From an uncultured delta proteobacterium (lineage in GTDB: Bacteria > Desulfobacterota > Binatia > UBA9968), in contig CAVYTU010000017.1 in the NCBI GenBank assembly GCA_963771465.1, forward strand, positions 416,001 through 480,000: a DNA stretch of 64,000 bases, given 5' to 3'. The translations under genes were made by a program, and so were the position numbers. Of this stretch, positions 49,840-62,064 are shown one piece after another. The notes beneath the pieces were generated by a model. The model worked only from the letters and a program-made list of their open reading frames with translations, made no database searches and was not told the origin of the DNA. Position 1 is the stretch's first letter. Every line of letters starts with the position of its first letter.

Positions 49840-51054
49840 ATGGAAAAAGTAAATCAAATTCTCAATGGTGTCCGCGTCCTCGCTTTCACCACCGGCTATG
49901 CCGGGCCTTACGCCGGCAGGTTGCTGGCGAACTACGGCGCGGAGGTGATCAAGATCGAGTCGCGCAAGGGCGGACTCGATACATTTCGCCATTACGGCCA
50001 GCATAAGGACATCGATGAGGCGCCGCGCTTTATCGAGTGCAATCTCGGCGTGCGCTCGATGGCGATCAATTTAAAGCATCCGACCGGCGCTCGCTTGGTC
50101 CGCGAGCTCGCCGGCAAGTCGGATGCGATTCTGCAAAATTTTCGTCCCAGAGTGCTGGATAAATTGGGATTAGGCGACGATGAGTTGAGAAAAACTAATC
50201 CTAAGCTTGTGATTGTGAAGTTGCCCGGTTTCGGCACCGAAGGACCGAAGAGCAGTTACGGCACTTGGGGCTTTAACTTGACGGCGTTTTCCGGAATTAC
50301 CTATCTCTGGAATCACCCCGAGCAGGATCGGCCGATCGGCAGCCAAGGTGTCTATCCCGATCATTTGGGATTCGTTTTGGGGCCCACGGTGATGATCGCG
50401 GCGTTACTCAACAGCCGGCGCTCCGGCAAGGGCGTTACCATCGATCTGGCGCAGATTGAAGGCACTGCGGCGGTTCTAGGCACGACCTATCTGGAAACCT
50501 CAGTAAACGGCGACGATCCCAAACCCAAGGGCAATCATTACGCATTGGCCGCGCCGCACGGCTGCTACCCTTGCCAGGGTGAAGATCGCTGGTGTGTCAT
50601 CTCGGTGCGCGATCAAGAGGAATGGCGGAGCTTTTGTCGTGTCATTGGCCGAGCGGAACTCGTCAGCGACGGGCGATTTACAAGTCTTCAGTCGCGCATA
50701 GAAAACCGCGCGGAGCTCGATGGTATCGTGAAAGCATGGACCGAGGCGCGTGCGCCGGAAGAAGTCATGACGCGCTGCCAAGCCGCAGGCGTGCCGGCGA
50801 GCGTCGTACAAACCGGCGCCGATTTACTGCGAGATCCCCAGTTGCGCCATCGCAATTATTTCTCGCCGTTTACCGAATCGCTCATCGGTCCGTTTGAAAT
50901 CCCGCGCAGCGGTTTTGTCTTCAAAGGCGTGGCCGAAGACCCGCTCAGCTTGCCGGCGCGGTTCGGCTCGGACAACGAACAAATTCTCGGCGAACTTTTG
51001 GGCTACGATAAAGTCACCATCGAACAGTGGCGCCAGGAAGAAGTGCTGACCTAA
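49840..51054 (+). CDS. Family III (CaiB/BaiF) CoA-transferase subunit
   Basis: L.GVRVL, AGP..G.LLA..GAEVIKIE, NFRP.VL.KLGL, YPD (catalytic Asp position), APHG.Y.C.G.DRW. Confidence 0.93.
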   Translation: MEKVNQILNGVRVLAFTTGYAGPYAGRLLANYGAEVIKIESRKGGLDTFRHYGQHKDIDEAPRFIECNLGVRSMAINLKHPTGARLVRELAGKSDAILQNFRPRVLDKLGLGDDELRKTNPKLVIVKLPGFGTEGPKSSYGTWGFNLTAFSGITYLWNHPEQDRPIGSQGVYPDHLGFVLGPTVMIAALLNSRRSGKGVTIDLAQIEGTAAVLGTTYLETSVNGDDPKPKGNHYALAAPHGCYPCQGEDRWCVISVRDQEEWRSFCRVIGRAELVSDGRFTSLQSRIENRAELDGIVKAWTEARAPEEVMTRCQAAGVPASVVQTGADLLRDPQLRHRNYFSPFTESLIGPFEIPRSGFVFKGVAEDPLSLPARFGSDNEQILGELLGYDKVTIEQWRQEEVLT

Positions 51055-51096
51055 AACTTACTAACCGCCGTTCTGAATCCATCCGGAGGAGAAACT

Positions 51097-52065
51097 ATGT
51101 CTAGCCGGCTCTCTTCCATCACGATCATCCTAGCCCTGTTTTTTCAATACAGCGTTGCGCATGGGCAGGAAAGAATTAAGCTGCGTGTCAGCTCAGCGGC
51201 TAAGACGCTTGGCTACGGTCCGCTTTGGATCGCGTCTAAAATGGGTTTCTTCGCGCGCGAGGGGTTAGATGTCGATCTGGTCGTCATTCGCGCCTCGGAC
51301 GTCGGTATTCAAGCGTTGGCAGGCGGGTCGCTTGAAATTGCCGGCAGCGCTGCCGACGCGCCCATCGCGGCGATCGAGAAAGGACTCGATCTAGTGATCG
51401 TCGGTGGGATCATCAATGGATTAACGCAATCGATCATGGCGGCCAAGAAGTTCAAAGCCTACGGCGATCTACGTGGCGCGACCTTTGGCGCCATCAGTCT
51501 AACTTCCGGCGTCACCTTTGCGCTGCGGCAAGTGCTGAAAGTGAAAGGGCTCGAGTATCCGCGCGACTACAAACTGCTGGTCATCGGCGGCACGCCGCAA
51601 ACCTTCGCGGCCTTGACCGCCGGCGCGATTGACGCCGCGGCATTGTCGCTGCCGGTTAATTACGCCGCGGAAGAGCAAGGGTTTAACGAGATCGGCCGGT
51701 TCGTCGACGTCATTCCCAACTATCAACTGGCTGCATTATCGGCCAAGCGGTCGTGGGCCGAGAGGAACCGCGGCGTCCTGGTGCGCGTGATGAAAGCGAT
51801 GGCGCAAACCATGCGTTGGATGCATCAGAATAAAGAACCGGCGGTGGACTATCTCGCCAAAGAGATGAACCTCAAGCGCGAGCATGCCCGGCGCGGTTGG
51901 GAATTCTATACCGCCAGCAAAATGTGGCATCCCGACGGTGATCTCAACCTCGACGGCCTCCAAGTGGTTACGCAAATTTATTGGGAGCAAACTCAATCCA
52001 AAGGCGCGGTGCCGAGCGCGGCGAAGTATGTCGATCAGAATTATCTCCGCGAAGCGCTTAAGTAG
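51097..52065 (+). CDS. SsuA/NMT1-type ABC substrate-binding protein
   Basis: Signal peptide, KTLGYGPLWIASKMGFF.REGLDV, YPRDYKLL. Confidence 0.9.
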   Translation: MSSRLSSITIILALFFQYSVAHGQERIKLRVSSAAKTLGYGPLWIASKMGFFAREGLDVDLVVIRASDVGIQALAGGSLEIAGSAADAPIAAIEKGLDLVIVGGIINGLTQSIMAAKKFKAYGDLRGATFGAISLTSGVTFALRQVLKVKGLEYPRDYKLLVIGGTPQTFAALTAGAIDAAALSLPVNYAAEEQGFNEIGRFVDVIPNYQLAALSAKRSWAERNRGVLVRVMKAMAQTMRWMHQNKEPAVDYLAKEMNLKREHARRGWEFYTASKMWHPDGDLNLDGLQVVTQIYWEQTQSKGAVPSAAKYVDQNYLREALK

Positions 52066-52211
52066 TTGACGACGGGCTACAGTTCGGGCTAAGTGCGGGT
52101 GCAGCTCGGTTCTCCTGTGCAATGGCGGTTGGCGCCGCATGGAGTGCGGCGCGTTGCGCCGGCTTACGTCAAAGTCGGCAACTCTCTGAGAAAGGCAACC
52201 TGGGTAAATTA

Positions 52212-52574
52212 ATGGACGGACAATCCGTGGAGCGCTTGATGGATATCATCCTGCAGATGAAAATCAATCTGGCGCATATCAATGAAACGTTGCATCAGCA
52301 AACTTACGAGATTCGCCAGCAGCTCGGCGCGGTATACGAGGATGAAAAGAAATCCTTGGACCGCTGTCTTGCGGGCATCGATGAGAAGCTCAAAGAGTGC
52401 GCGGTCTCGATTGACGATTACCGTCAGCTCCACGCGACCCTGAGCGGCATGCGCGCCAAGCTCGTTCAACTCGGCGGCGATCCAAGTTTTTTGCCGGATG
52501 CGATGCCGGCGGAGTCCATCGACAGCGTGCTCGCCTGGCGCATTCATGACCTTAAAGAACAGGGTAAGCTCTAA
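52212..52574 (+). CDS. Hypothetical helical/coiled-coil protein
   Basis: 120-aa ORF from ATG 52212 with heptad-like pattern. Confidence 0.65.
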   Translation: MDGQSVERLMDIILQMKINLAHINETLHQQTYEIRQQLGAVYEDEKKSLDRCLAGIDEKLKECAVSIDDYRQLHATLSGMRAKLVQLGGDPSFLPDAMPAESIDSVLAWRIHDLKEQGKL

Positions 52575-52732
52575 GCCTTCAAGCCGCACGAGTTCACTTG
52601 ATCCATAGTTCCACGCAGCGGGCAACCCGATCGCCATCTCGGCGAGAAATTGTCGACAACGTGGTGTCAACTTTTCCCCAGTTTCCAGCCCGTCCGTAAA
52701 ATTGTGGCAAGCCTGGCTGCTTTCATGTTAAA

Positions 52733-53422
52733 TTGTTAATGCTAGTTACCGTCAAAGTGAAACCTTCCGAATCTACTTCCCACGATTACGCCTGGGCCAG
52801 AGAACGCATGGTCCAGGAGCAGATTATTGGCCGTGGCATCGGCGATGCGCGGGTCATCGCGGCGATGCGAAAAATGTCGCGCCACCTTTTTGTCGATCCT
52901 GGTTTGGTTAACCGCGCTTATGACGACAGTGCATTGCCCATCGGTGACAAACAGACGCTCTCGCAACCCTACATGGCGGCGCGCATGACCGAAGCGCTCC
53001 GGCTCACGGGTACGGAAAAGGTATTAGAGGTCGGCACCGGCTCCGGCTACCAGACCGCGCTGCTGGCGGAAATTTGTTTCAATGTATTTTCCGTCGAGAA
53101 ACTGCGCCCTCTGTCGCGCAATGCGCGCACCTTGCTGGACCGACTGGGATATCAAAACATTGCGCTCCATGTTGGCGATGGGACCATCGGCTGGTCCGAA
53201 CATGCACCCTATGACGCAATCATTGTCACGGCGGGGGCGCCTCATACGCCCAAACCGCTGCTCGATCAGCTTTCGGTCGGGGGCCGGTTGGTCATACCGA
53301 TCGGCGATGAGCAGACCCAAACTCTCATCCGCGTTACCCGTACGCGCACGAGTTTCAAGGAAGAACAACTGGGCGAATGCAAGTTCGTCAGGCTGTTGGG
53401 CAAATACGGTTGGCGGGAATAG
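52733..53422 (+). CDS. pcm: Protein-L-isoaspartate O-methyltransferase
   Basis: R..MV..QI..RGI, AY.D..LPIG..QT.SQPY, VLEVGTGSGYQ, APYDAI.VTA; start uncertain. Confidence 0.95.
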   Translation: MLMLVTVKVKPSESTSHDYAWARERMVQEQIIGRGIGDARVIAAMRKMSRHLFVDPGLVNRAYDDSALPIGDKQTLSQPYMAARMTEALRLTGTEKVLEVGTGSGYQTALLAEICFNVFSVEKLRPLSRNARTLLDRLGYQNIALHVGDGTIGWSEHAPYDAIIVTAGAPHTPKPLLDQLSVGGRLVIPIGDEQTQTLIRVTRTRTSFKEEQLGECKFVRLLGKYGWRE

Positions 53423-53514
53423 ATTCGGTTTTGGCTTTTCGAGCTTCGAATCGGTGCGGACTTGATCGCCCAATCTTTGGGCGCACTGGCTATTCTTGTC
53501 GTAGCCAAAACTCC

Positions 53515-54267
53515 ATGAATTCGCCGATTGGATTTGCCGGCATCGGCTTCGCAGTAATCTTGCTCGCTGGCTGCGGCGCGAAATCCGTTAGTCTGCCGCA
53601 GGGATCGGCGAGAGGCGCCACGGGCGTTTATCATGCGGTTAGAGCTGGCGAGAATTTGTTCCGCATCGGTAAAGCGTACGATGTGCCGTTTGAAGAACTG
53701 GCGCGGCTTAACGGAATCCGCGACGCGAGTCAAATAAGCGTCGGGCAAAAAATTTTTATTCCCGGTGCGACGCGCCCGTTGCCGGTGGGAACGATCACAC
53801 CCACCGATGCCGTCGCGCCGTCACGCGCCGCGCCGCTAGCTCAGGAGCCGAACGGTGATCAGTTTCTTTGGCCGGTCAGCGGCGCAATCAATTCCGGCTA
53901 CGGCGCGCGCGGCGCTAGTTTTCACGATGGTATCGATATCGCTGCAGCCGAGGGAACGCCGATCTACGCGGTGGAGCGGGGCGAGGTCGTCTACAGCGAT
54001 CAATTGCGCGGCTACGGCAACATGGTGATCATCCGCCACGCCGGCGCAATCGCTTCGGTTTACGCCCATAACCAAATCAATTTAGTGCGCGACGGCCAGC
54101 AGGTGGCGAAGGGCGAGGTTATCGCCAAGGTTGGCAGCACCGGCCGAGTGACCGGACCGCATTTGCATTTTGAAATCCGCAAGAACAATGCGGCGCAAGA
54201 TCCGTTACGCTATCTACCGCAGTTGTGCTGCGTTCCGGCTTCCGATACTGTTACCCCGAAAGATTGA
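53515..54267 (+). CDS. nlpD: LysM + M23 peptidase lipoprotein (NlpD-like)
   Basis: Lipobox LLAGC, LysM (H.V..GENLFRI), HDGIDI, YAHN, HLHFEIR; follows pcm. Confidence 0.85.
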   Translation: MNSPIGFAGIGFAVILLAGCGAKSVSLPQGSARGATGVYHAVRAGENLFRIGKAYDVPFEELARLNGIRDASQISVGQKIFIPGATRPLPVGTITPTDAVAPSRAAPLAQEPNGDQFLWPVSGAINSGYGARGASFHDGIDIAAAEGTPIYAVERGEVVYSDQLRGYGNMVIIRHAGAIASVYAHNQINLVRDGQQVAKGEVIAKVGSTGRVTGPHLHFEIRKNNAAQDPLRYLPQLCCVPASDTVTPKD

Positions 54268-54297
54268 GAGTCCGACGAGTAAAGAGAACATTTAGAG

Positions 54298-55446
54298 ATG
54301 AAAGAGTTAGCAAAAATTAGAAATGATGTCGTCGGTAGTCTGCTCCGGCCGGCAGCGTTGAAACAAGCGCGAGTGCGCTACGACGAAGGCAAAATTAGCC
54401 TTGACGAGTTGCGCCAGATCGAAGATCAAAACATTCGCGACGCGGTGCAGCTACAAGAATCGATCGGCTTATCCGTCGTGACCGATGGCGAGTATCGGCG
54501 CTTGAACTTTCAAGATAGTTTCGGCGAATCGGTGGCCGGTTTTGACGCTGGCAAACCAAGCCTTCATTTCTACGAGAAACGGGTCGAAGGCAGCAGCCCG
54601 CTCCAGCGCTGGGAGATTCCCGACCAAGGCGAACAGAAAGGCACGGCGGTGGCGCAGCGCCGGCCGGCCGCTCAGAAGATCAGCCTGGCGCGCAACGTGC
54701 CCGCGGACGAGTTCCAGTTCCTGAAACAAGTCGCGCACCATCCCGGCAAAGTCGCGCTCATCGGCCCGGATCGAATTTCCCAGCGCTTCGACTGGCAGAA
54801 TTCTAAAAATATCTATACCGGACTCGACGACTTCGTCGCCGATGTGGTCAAAGTCGAGCGCGAAATCATCCGCGGCTTGGTCGACGCCGGTTGCCGCTAC
54901 GTGCAGATCGACGCGCCGGGGTATACGGCCTATGTCGATCCGCCGTCCTTGGCGGCGATGCGTGACCGCGGCGAAGATCCGAAAGAAAATTTCACCCGGT
55001 CGTTAAAGGCCGATAACGCTACGCTCGCGGGCTTCGACGACGTGACTTTCGGCATTCATCTTTGCCGCGGCAATCAGCGCAGCATGTGGCATCGTGAGGG
55101 CACCTACGACGACATCGCCGAGCGCTTGCTGAACGAGCTTAACTACGACCGATTTCTGTTCGAGTACGACACGCCGCGCGCCGGCGGTTTTGAGCCGTTG
55201 CGTTTCTTGCCCAAGGGTAAAGTGATCGTTCTCGGACTCGTCAGCACGAAGGTGCCGCAGTTGGAAACGGTGGACGATCTCAAACGGCGCATCGATCAAG
55301 CGGCAAAGTTCGCGCCGCTCGAGCAAATCGCGATCAGCCCGCAGTGCGGTTTTTCTTCCGACGTGGTCGGCAACTTGATCAGCGACGACGATCAAAAGCG
55401 CAAGCTTGAGTTGGTCGTCGAAACCGCGCGCCAGGTTTGGGGCTGA
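54298..55446 (+). CDS. Cobalamin-independent methionine synthase II family protein (single-domain)
   Basis: VGSLLRP, TDGEYRR, HLCRGN, FEYD..R.GGF.PL, LGLVSTK, ISPQCGF. Confidence 0.9.
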   Translation: MKELAKIRNDVVGSLLRPAALKQARVRYDEGKISLDELRQIEDQNIRDAVQLQESIGLSVVTDGEYRRLNFQDSFGESVAGFDAGKPSLHFYEKRVEGSSPLQRWEIPDQGEQKGTAVAQRRPAAQKISLARNVPADEFQFLKQVAHHPGKVALIGPDRISQRFDWQNSKNIYTGLDDFVADVVKVEREIIRGLVDAGCRYVQIDAPGYTAYVDPPSLAAMRDRGEDPKENFTRSLKADNATLAGFDDVTFGIHLCRGNQRSMWHREGTYDDIAERLLNELNYDRFLFEYDTPRAGGFEPLRFLPKGKVIVLGLVSTKVPQLETVDDLKRRIDQAAKFAPLEQIAISPQCGFSSDVVGNLISDDDQKRKLELVVETARQVWG

Positions 55447-55520
55447 GCTTCGCTTTGCGAAGATTTACGAATTCCAGATTCAAAATTTCAAATTTCAGAT
55501 TGCCGAGTTTCGAGAGGTGA

Positions 55521-56063
55521 GTGAGCATGGGCGATGATATTGCCAGCATCAGGAGCGCGATTCGCGAGATTCCAGATTTTCCCAAGCCGGGGATTGTATT
55601 TAAAGACATTACGCCGTTGCTCGGCGACGGCCGATTGTTTGCCAAGACCATTGATCTTATGGCGGCGCGTTATCGCGGACAGAAGATCGATACCGTGCTC
55701 GGGATCGAGTCCCGTGGTTTTATCGTCGGCGCGGCATTAGCTTACAAATTGGGTGCGGGCTTCAGCGTCGTGCGTAAGCCGGGCAAGTTGCCTTATGAGA
55801 CCCATAGCGCGAGCTACGAATTGGAGTATGGCAAGGACACACTGGAAATTCACATTGACGCTATACCACCCAAGGCACGGGTGATCATTGCCGACGATCT
55901 CATCGCCACCGGCGGCACGGCAAAGGCGACCGCCGAGCTGGTGTCGAAGCTCGGCGGCACGGTCGTCGAATGCGCCTTTGTCATCGAACTGTCATTTCTC
56001 AACGGGCGGCAGAAACTCTCGCCTCATCCAGTCTATTCCGTGCTCCAATATGACTGCGAATAG
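55521..56063 (+). CDS. apt: Adenine phosphoribosyltransferase
   Basis: [44 protein letters not shown]. Confidence 0.97.
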   Translation: MSMGDDIASIRSAIREIPDFPKPGIVFKDITPLLGDGRLFAKTIDLMAARYRGQKIDTVLGIESRGFIVGAALAYKLGAGFSVVRKPGKLPYETHSASYELEYGKDTLEIHIDAIPPKARVIIADDLIATGGTAKATAELVSKLGGTVVECAFVIELSFLNGRQKLSPHPVYSVLQYDCE

Positions 56064-56100
56064 CGCGGCGAGAGGTCGCGTTTACTGGCGTTGCGATTCC

Positions 56101-56128
56101 TTGACATCCCCCGACATTCGACTATAAG
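56101..56128 (+). promoter_or_regulatory. Putative sigma70 promoter upstream of nuoI-like/thiC
   Basis: TTGACA-16 nt-TATAAG. Confidence 0.5.
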
Positions 56129-56221
56129 TTGAAGTCAGCTAGAGCATGGACACCCAATCGCGGCCGCCGGTTGTTTCACGATGGCGCCGTGCCACGATCA
56201 CCGCAAACTAAGGAAAATTTG

Positions 56222-56791
56222 ATGAAGCGTATCGAAGAAATGTCACTCTGGGAACGGCTCTATTTCCCGGAAGTTTTTCGCGGTTTGATGGTCACCGGCT
56301 ACCGCTTTTGGCGTAATCTCGCGGTGCACAGCTTGCAAAAATTTGGCCTGGCTCGAGAAAAGTCAGCATCGATTACCGTGCAGTATCCTGAAGAACGCTG
56401 GCCTTATCCTGATACCTATCGCGGCCGCCATCGTTTGACGCTCAAAGATGACGGCGCGGTGCAGTGTACCGCCTGTTTTCTCTGTGCCACCGCGTGTCCC
56501 GCGGACTGTATTTACATCGAAGCGGGCGAGTATGCTGACAAGTCGGTGGAGAAGTTTCCCATCCGCTATGAAATCGACACCTTGCGCTGTGTCTATTGCG
56601 GCTTTTGCGTCGAAGCTTGTCCGTGCGACGCGATTCGCATGGACTCCGGCACCCACCCGGGCAATCTCGGGTTCAGCCGCAAAGAGTTTGTCGAAACCAA
56701 AGAAGTATTGATGGAGCGTTCCAAGGAGTTGGCCGAGAAGGGTAAAGAGGGATTGTACGAAAGCTACGTCAAACCTTACCGTCACGTCTAA
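56222..56791 (+). CDS. nuoI: NADH-quinone oxidoreductase subunit I-like 2x[4Fe-4S] protein
   Basis: T.QYPEE, RGRH.L, CTACFLCATACP, CVYCGFCVEACP.DAI. Confidence 0.85.
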   Translation: MKRIEEMSLWERLYFPEVFRGLMVTGYRFWRNLAVHSLQKFGLAREKSASITVQYPEERWPYPDTYRGRHRLTLKDDGAVQCTACFLCATACPADCIYIEAGEYADKSVEKFPIRYEIDTLRCVYCGFCVEACPCDAIRMDSGTHPGNLGFSRKEFVETKEVLMERSKELAEKGKEGLYESYVKPYRHV

Positions 56792-56821
56792 ACAGTTTGG
56801 CGCTCACCAAGCCGAGCCTGA

Positions 56822-58792
<1,971 letters not shown>

Positions 58793-58893
58793 AAATTTAG
58801 CATACAATTCGTATTCAAACTGGCCGCCTCGCGCGGCCAGTTTTGTTTCTAGCTCTCAGTTCATCTCTGGTGCGCGTAATTACTGATCGCTCC

Positions 58894-59400
58894 ATGCGCA
58901 TTCTGCTTTACGGTTTTGGCCCTTACCGCGAGTTCCGCGATAACATCACTGCGCGGATCATTAAATCATTACCGCGCCGTACCGGGGTCAAGAAATTAAT
59001 TTTTTCGGTGCGCTTTCAGCGCCGGCAATTTATCGACGCGCTCAATCGCTATCGGCCGGACGTCGTGCTTGGATTGGGGCAAAGTTCACGTAAACGAATC
59101 GAGGTTGAAAGCCGCGCGATCAATCGTCGCCGCGGGGGTCAATCGGAACGGGCGCGGCCGATTTTGAAAGACAAGCCCAAGTCCTTGCCAACATCGTTAC
59201 CGATTCATGCCGGCCGTTGGGCCGGGATCTCTATTAACGCCGGCGACTATGTCTGCAACTATTCGATGTTTGTCCTGTTAGAGGAGATTGACCGTCGGCA
59301 GTTGAGAACGCGCTTCGGCTTCGTTCATATTCCGCACGATTACGATCAGCGAAAGGCCATCGAGTACGTGCAGAGAATTCTCCAGCAGTGTCAACCTTGA
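58894..59400 (+). CDS. pcp: Pyroglutamyl-peptidase I (C15) family
   Basis: ILL.GFGP, PD.VLGLGQ, E..A.N, S.NAGDYVCN, GFVHIP. Confidence 0.85.
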   Translation: MRILLYGFGPYREFRDNITARIIKSLPRRTGVKKLIFSVRFQRRQFIDALNRYRPDVVLGLGQSSRKRIEVESRAINRRRGGQSERARPILKDKPKSLPTSLPIHAGRWAGISINAGDYVCNYSMFVLLEEIDRRQLRTRFGFVHIPHDYDQRKAIEYVQRILQQCQP

Positions 59401-59485
59401 TCTTTGGACTCGATCTAACCGAGCCATTTGGAACTTAACCGTTGATTTGTTAGTCTCGCGAAAATTCGGATCCACGAGAGCAAAC

Positions 59486-60076
<591 letters not shown>

Positions 60077-60144
60077 CCTTGACCACCAAGCATCGTCCAA
60101 AGCAAACGTGGCGCGCCGGCGCGTGGTTGTCGTCGCGGCGTTCG

Positions 60145-61014
60145 TCAGCTTGTCAACCGCCGTAACGCTTCGCTGTACTTATCCTGAGTTTTCTTGACGA
60201 TCTCCAGCGGTAATGCCGGCGGCGGCGATTTCATGTCCCAGGGTAGACTCAGCAGGTAATCGCGCACGAACTGCTTGTCGAAGCTGTCGGGTGACTTGCC
60301 GGGTTTGTAACTGTCCATCGGCCAGAAACGGGAAGAGTCGGGAGTCAGCACTTCGTCGATCAAGAGAATGTCATTGCCTTCCATGCCGAACTCAAATTTG
60401 GTGTCGGCGATGATGATGCCTTTCTTCTCGCCGAGTTCGCGGGCGCGTTGATAGATTGCCACGGTCGCGTCGCGCATTTTCGTGGCGAGAGTCTTGCCCA
60501 CTTTCCCGACCATTTGATCAAACGTGATGTTGACGTCGTGGGCGCCGACTGGGGCTTTGGTCGACGGGGTAAAAATTGGCTCGTCGAGTCGAGCCGCTTC
60601 GACCAACCCTTTTGGCAAGGATATGCCGCACAGCGATCCAGTCTGTTGATAATCTTTCCAGCCCGAGCCGGCGAGGTAGCCGCGCACGATACATTCCACC
60701 GGCGCCGGCGTGCTTTTCTTGACCAGCATGCTGCGCCCTTCCAGATTGGCTTTGTGCGGCTGACAGGCGCTGGGAAACTCTTCGACTCGGGTCGTGATCA
60801 AATGATTGGGAACGAGGTCTTTTATGATCGCGAACCAGAATTCGGACATCTGCGTTAGTATCTTTCCTTTGTCAGGAATGAGAGTCGGCAAGATGACGTC
60901 GAATGCGGAGATACGGTCGCTGGCAACGAGCAGGAGTTTGTCGTCCAAGTCATAGATGTCGCGAACCTTGCCGCGACTAAACAGTTTCAAACCTGAAAGC
61001 GTTTGATCAGCCAT
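60145..61014 (-). CDS. purC: Phosphoribosylaminoimidazole-succinocarboxamide synthase
   Basis: [60 protein letters not shown]. Confidence 0.98.
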   Translation of the reverse strand: MADQTLSGLKLFSRGKVRDIYDLDDKLLLVASDRISAFDVILPTLIPDKGKILTQMSEFWFAIIKDLVPNHLITTRVEEFPSACQPHKANLEGRSMLVKKSTPAPVECIVRGYLAGSGWKDYQQTGSLCGISLPKGLVEAARLDEPIFTPSTKAPVGAHDVNITFDQMVGKVGKTLATKMRDATVAIYQRARELGEKKGIIIADTKFEFGMEGNDILLIDEVLTPDSSRFWPMDSYKPGKSPDSFDKQFVRDYLLSLPWDMKSPPPALPLEIVKKTQDKYSEALRRLTS

Positions 61015-61309
61015 GTGAGAACCTTTCCTAGCAGGTGGAATTAGATGATCGGTTGCCAGTGGAATTTGCGGTGGGCCCCGATGCGAAATCTATCCAGACC
61101 ATATCGATGATTCTGTGTCAATTGGCATCGATAGCGTTTCCCGATTTGCTCGTGAACCCAACTTATGGCGGTGGTTGAAAACTTATCGATATCGAGGTCG
61201 TTTTAGGGATATCGGTTTCGGGTGATTGAGATCCTCTAGACATACGTTCCCGCAGCGAAAAGCTTCGCTTCTTTCTGAAGACGCAGCGGTCAACGCGAAC
61301 GAATTCGCC

Positions 61310-61468
61310 TTAGAATTTATGTGTGGCCTTGCCGATCAGCGCGATTCCCGCAAGCAGCCCTATCGACGCGAACAGGGCCAGTCCAGGCGCTTCGCGAATT
61401 TGGTATAGACCAACGGCACCCAAGATGATGAGGCCCACTCCGGCGATCATATAAGTCGTCGTGTTCAT
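61310..61468 (-). CDS. Small two-helix membrane protein (52 aa)
   Basis: GGGAGG RBS, ATG 61468; MNTTTYMIAGVGLIILGAVGLYQIREAPGLALFASIGLLAGIALIGKATHKF has two hydrophobic segments. Confidence 0.7.
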   Translation of the reverse strand: MNTTTYMIAGVGLIILGAVGLYQIREAPGLALFASIGLLAGIALIGKATHKF

Positions 61469-61516
61469 GTCCAGTACCTCCCTTATTGACCAACGCCTTT
61501 GACTAGAGCTTGAGCC

Positions 61517-61558
61517 AAAAAAAAGACCGACCGGAAACCTAAATTTCCCGGGTCGGCC
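61517..61558 (-). terminator. Rho-independent terminator within a leader (attenuator candidate)
   Basis: Minus strand GGCCGACC-CG-GGAAAT-TTAG-GTTTCC-GGTCGGTC-T8. Confidence 0.8.
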
Positions 61559-61621
61559 CATTTCCCAACTGGTTGGATTGAATTTCAATCCGACCCTTCG
61601 GGAGATCGTCAGACTGCGCCA

Positions 61622-61650
61622 CTTATAGAAACGACGCGATGGATTGTCAA
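61622..61650 (-). promoter_or_regulatory. Putative sigma70 promoter overlapping the DUF2294 stop codon
   Basis: Minus strand TTGACA-17 nt-TATAAG. Confidence 0.65.
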
Positions 61651-62024
61651 GAGTCCCTTTTGCGCGCGAGGGTTTTCTCGAGGTTGTTTTCCAGGGCGAA
61701 GACAAAGACCCGTTCGCCGGATTCGGTGCTGATGTCGGTGTACAGATCGAGAATTTTCGTGCCGGTGATATCGCCAACGACCTGATACAAAAGCGGGCGC
61801 GCTTTGTCGATCAGAGTCGCGCGCATTTTTTTGACCAACTCTTTGCCGTCGATCGACTTTGTCAATTGTTCTTCCGCCGGGGTCAAAACACCTTTGAGAC
61901 GAACAACAACCAAATCTTCGACGATATGGACGCGCGTTTCTTTCGGGCCGCGGCCCATGTAGTCGATCTCGAATTGAACGATGGCGCAGCTAATTTCGGC
62001 TTCGATTTCGCCTTTGGTTTTCAT
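61647..62024 (-). CDS. DUF2294 (MpsC-like) protein
   Basis: MKTKGEIEAEIS.AI..FE..YMGRGP, RLKGVLTPAE..L, G..LVK.MR..L, TDIST.SGER..VF. Confidence 0.88.
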   Translation of the reverse strand: MKTKGEIEAEISCAIVQFEIDYMGRGPKETRVHIVEDLVVVRLKGVLTPAEEQLTKSIDGKELVKKMRATLIDKARPLLYQVVGDITGTKILDLYTDISTESGERVFVFALENNLEKTLARKRDS

Positions 62025-62064
62025 GGCCAAGCGGGAAATGAGCACACGCCGTGTGACGCCAGGA

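Noticed and set aside
61469-61777. N-terminal part of the 155-aa ORF 61310-61777
   Set aside because: It overlaps the DUF2294 gene, promoter and terminator; the credible start is the RBS-preceded ATG at 61468.
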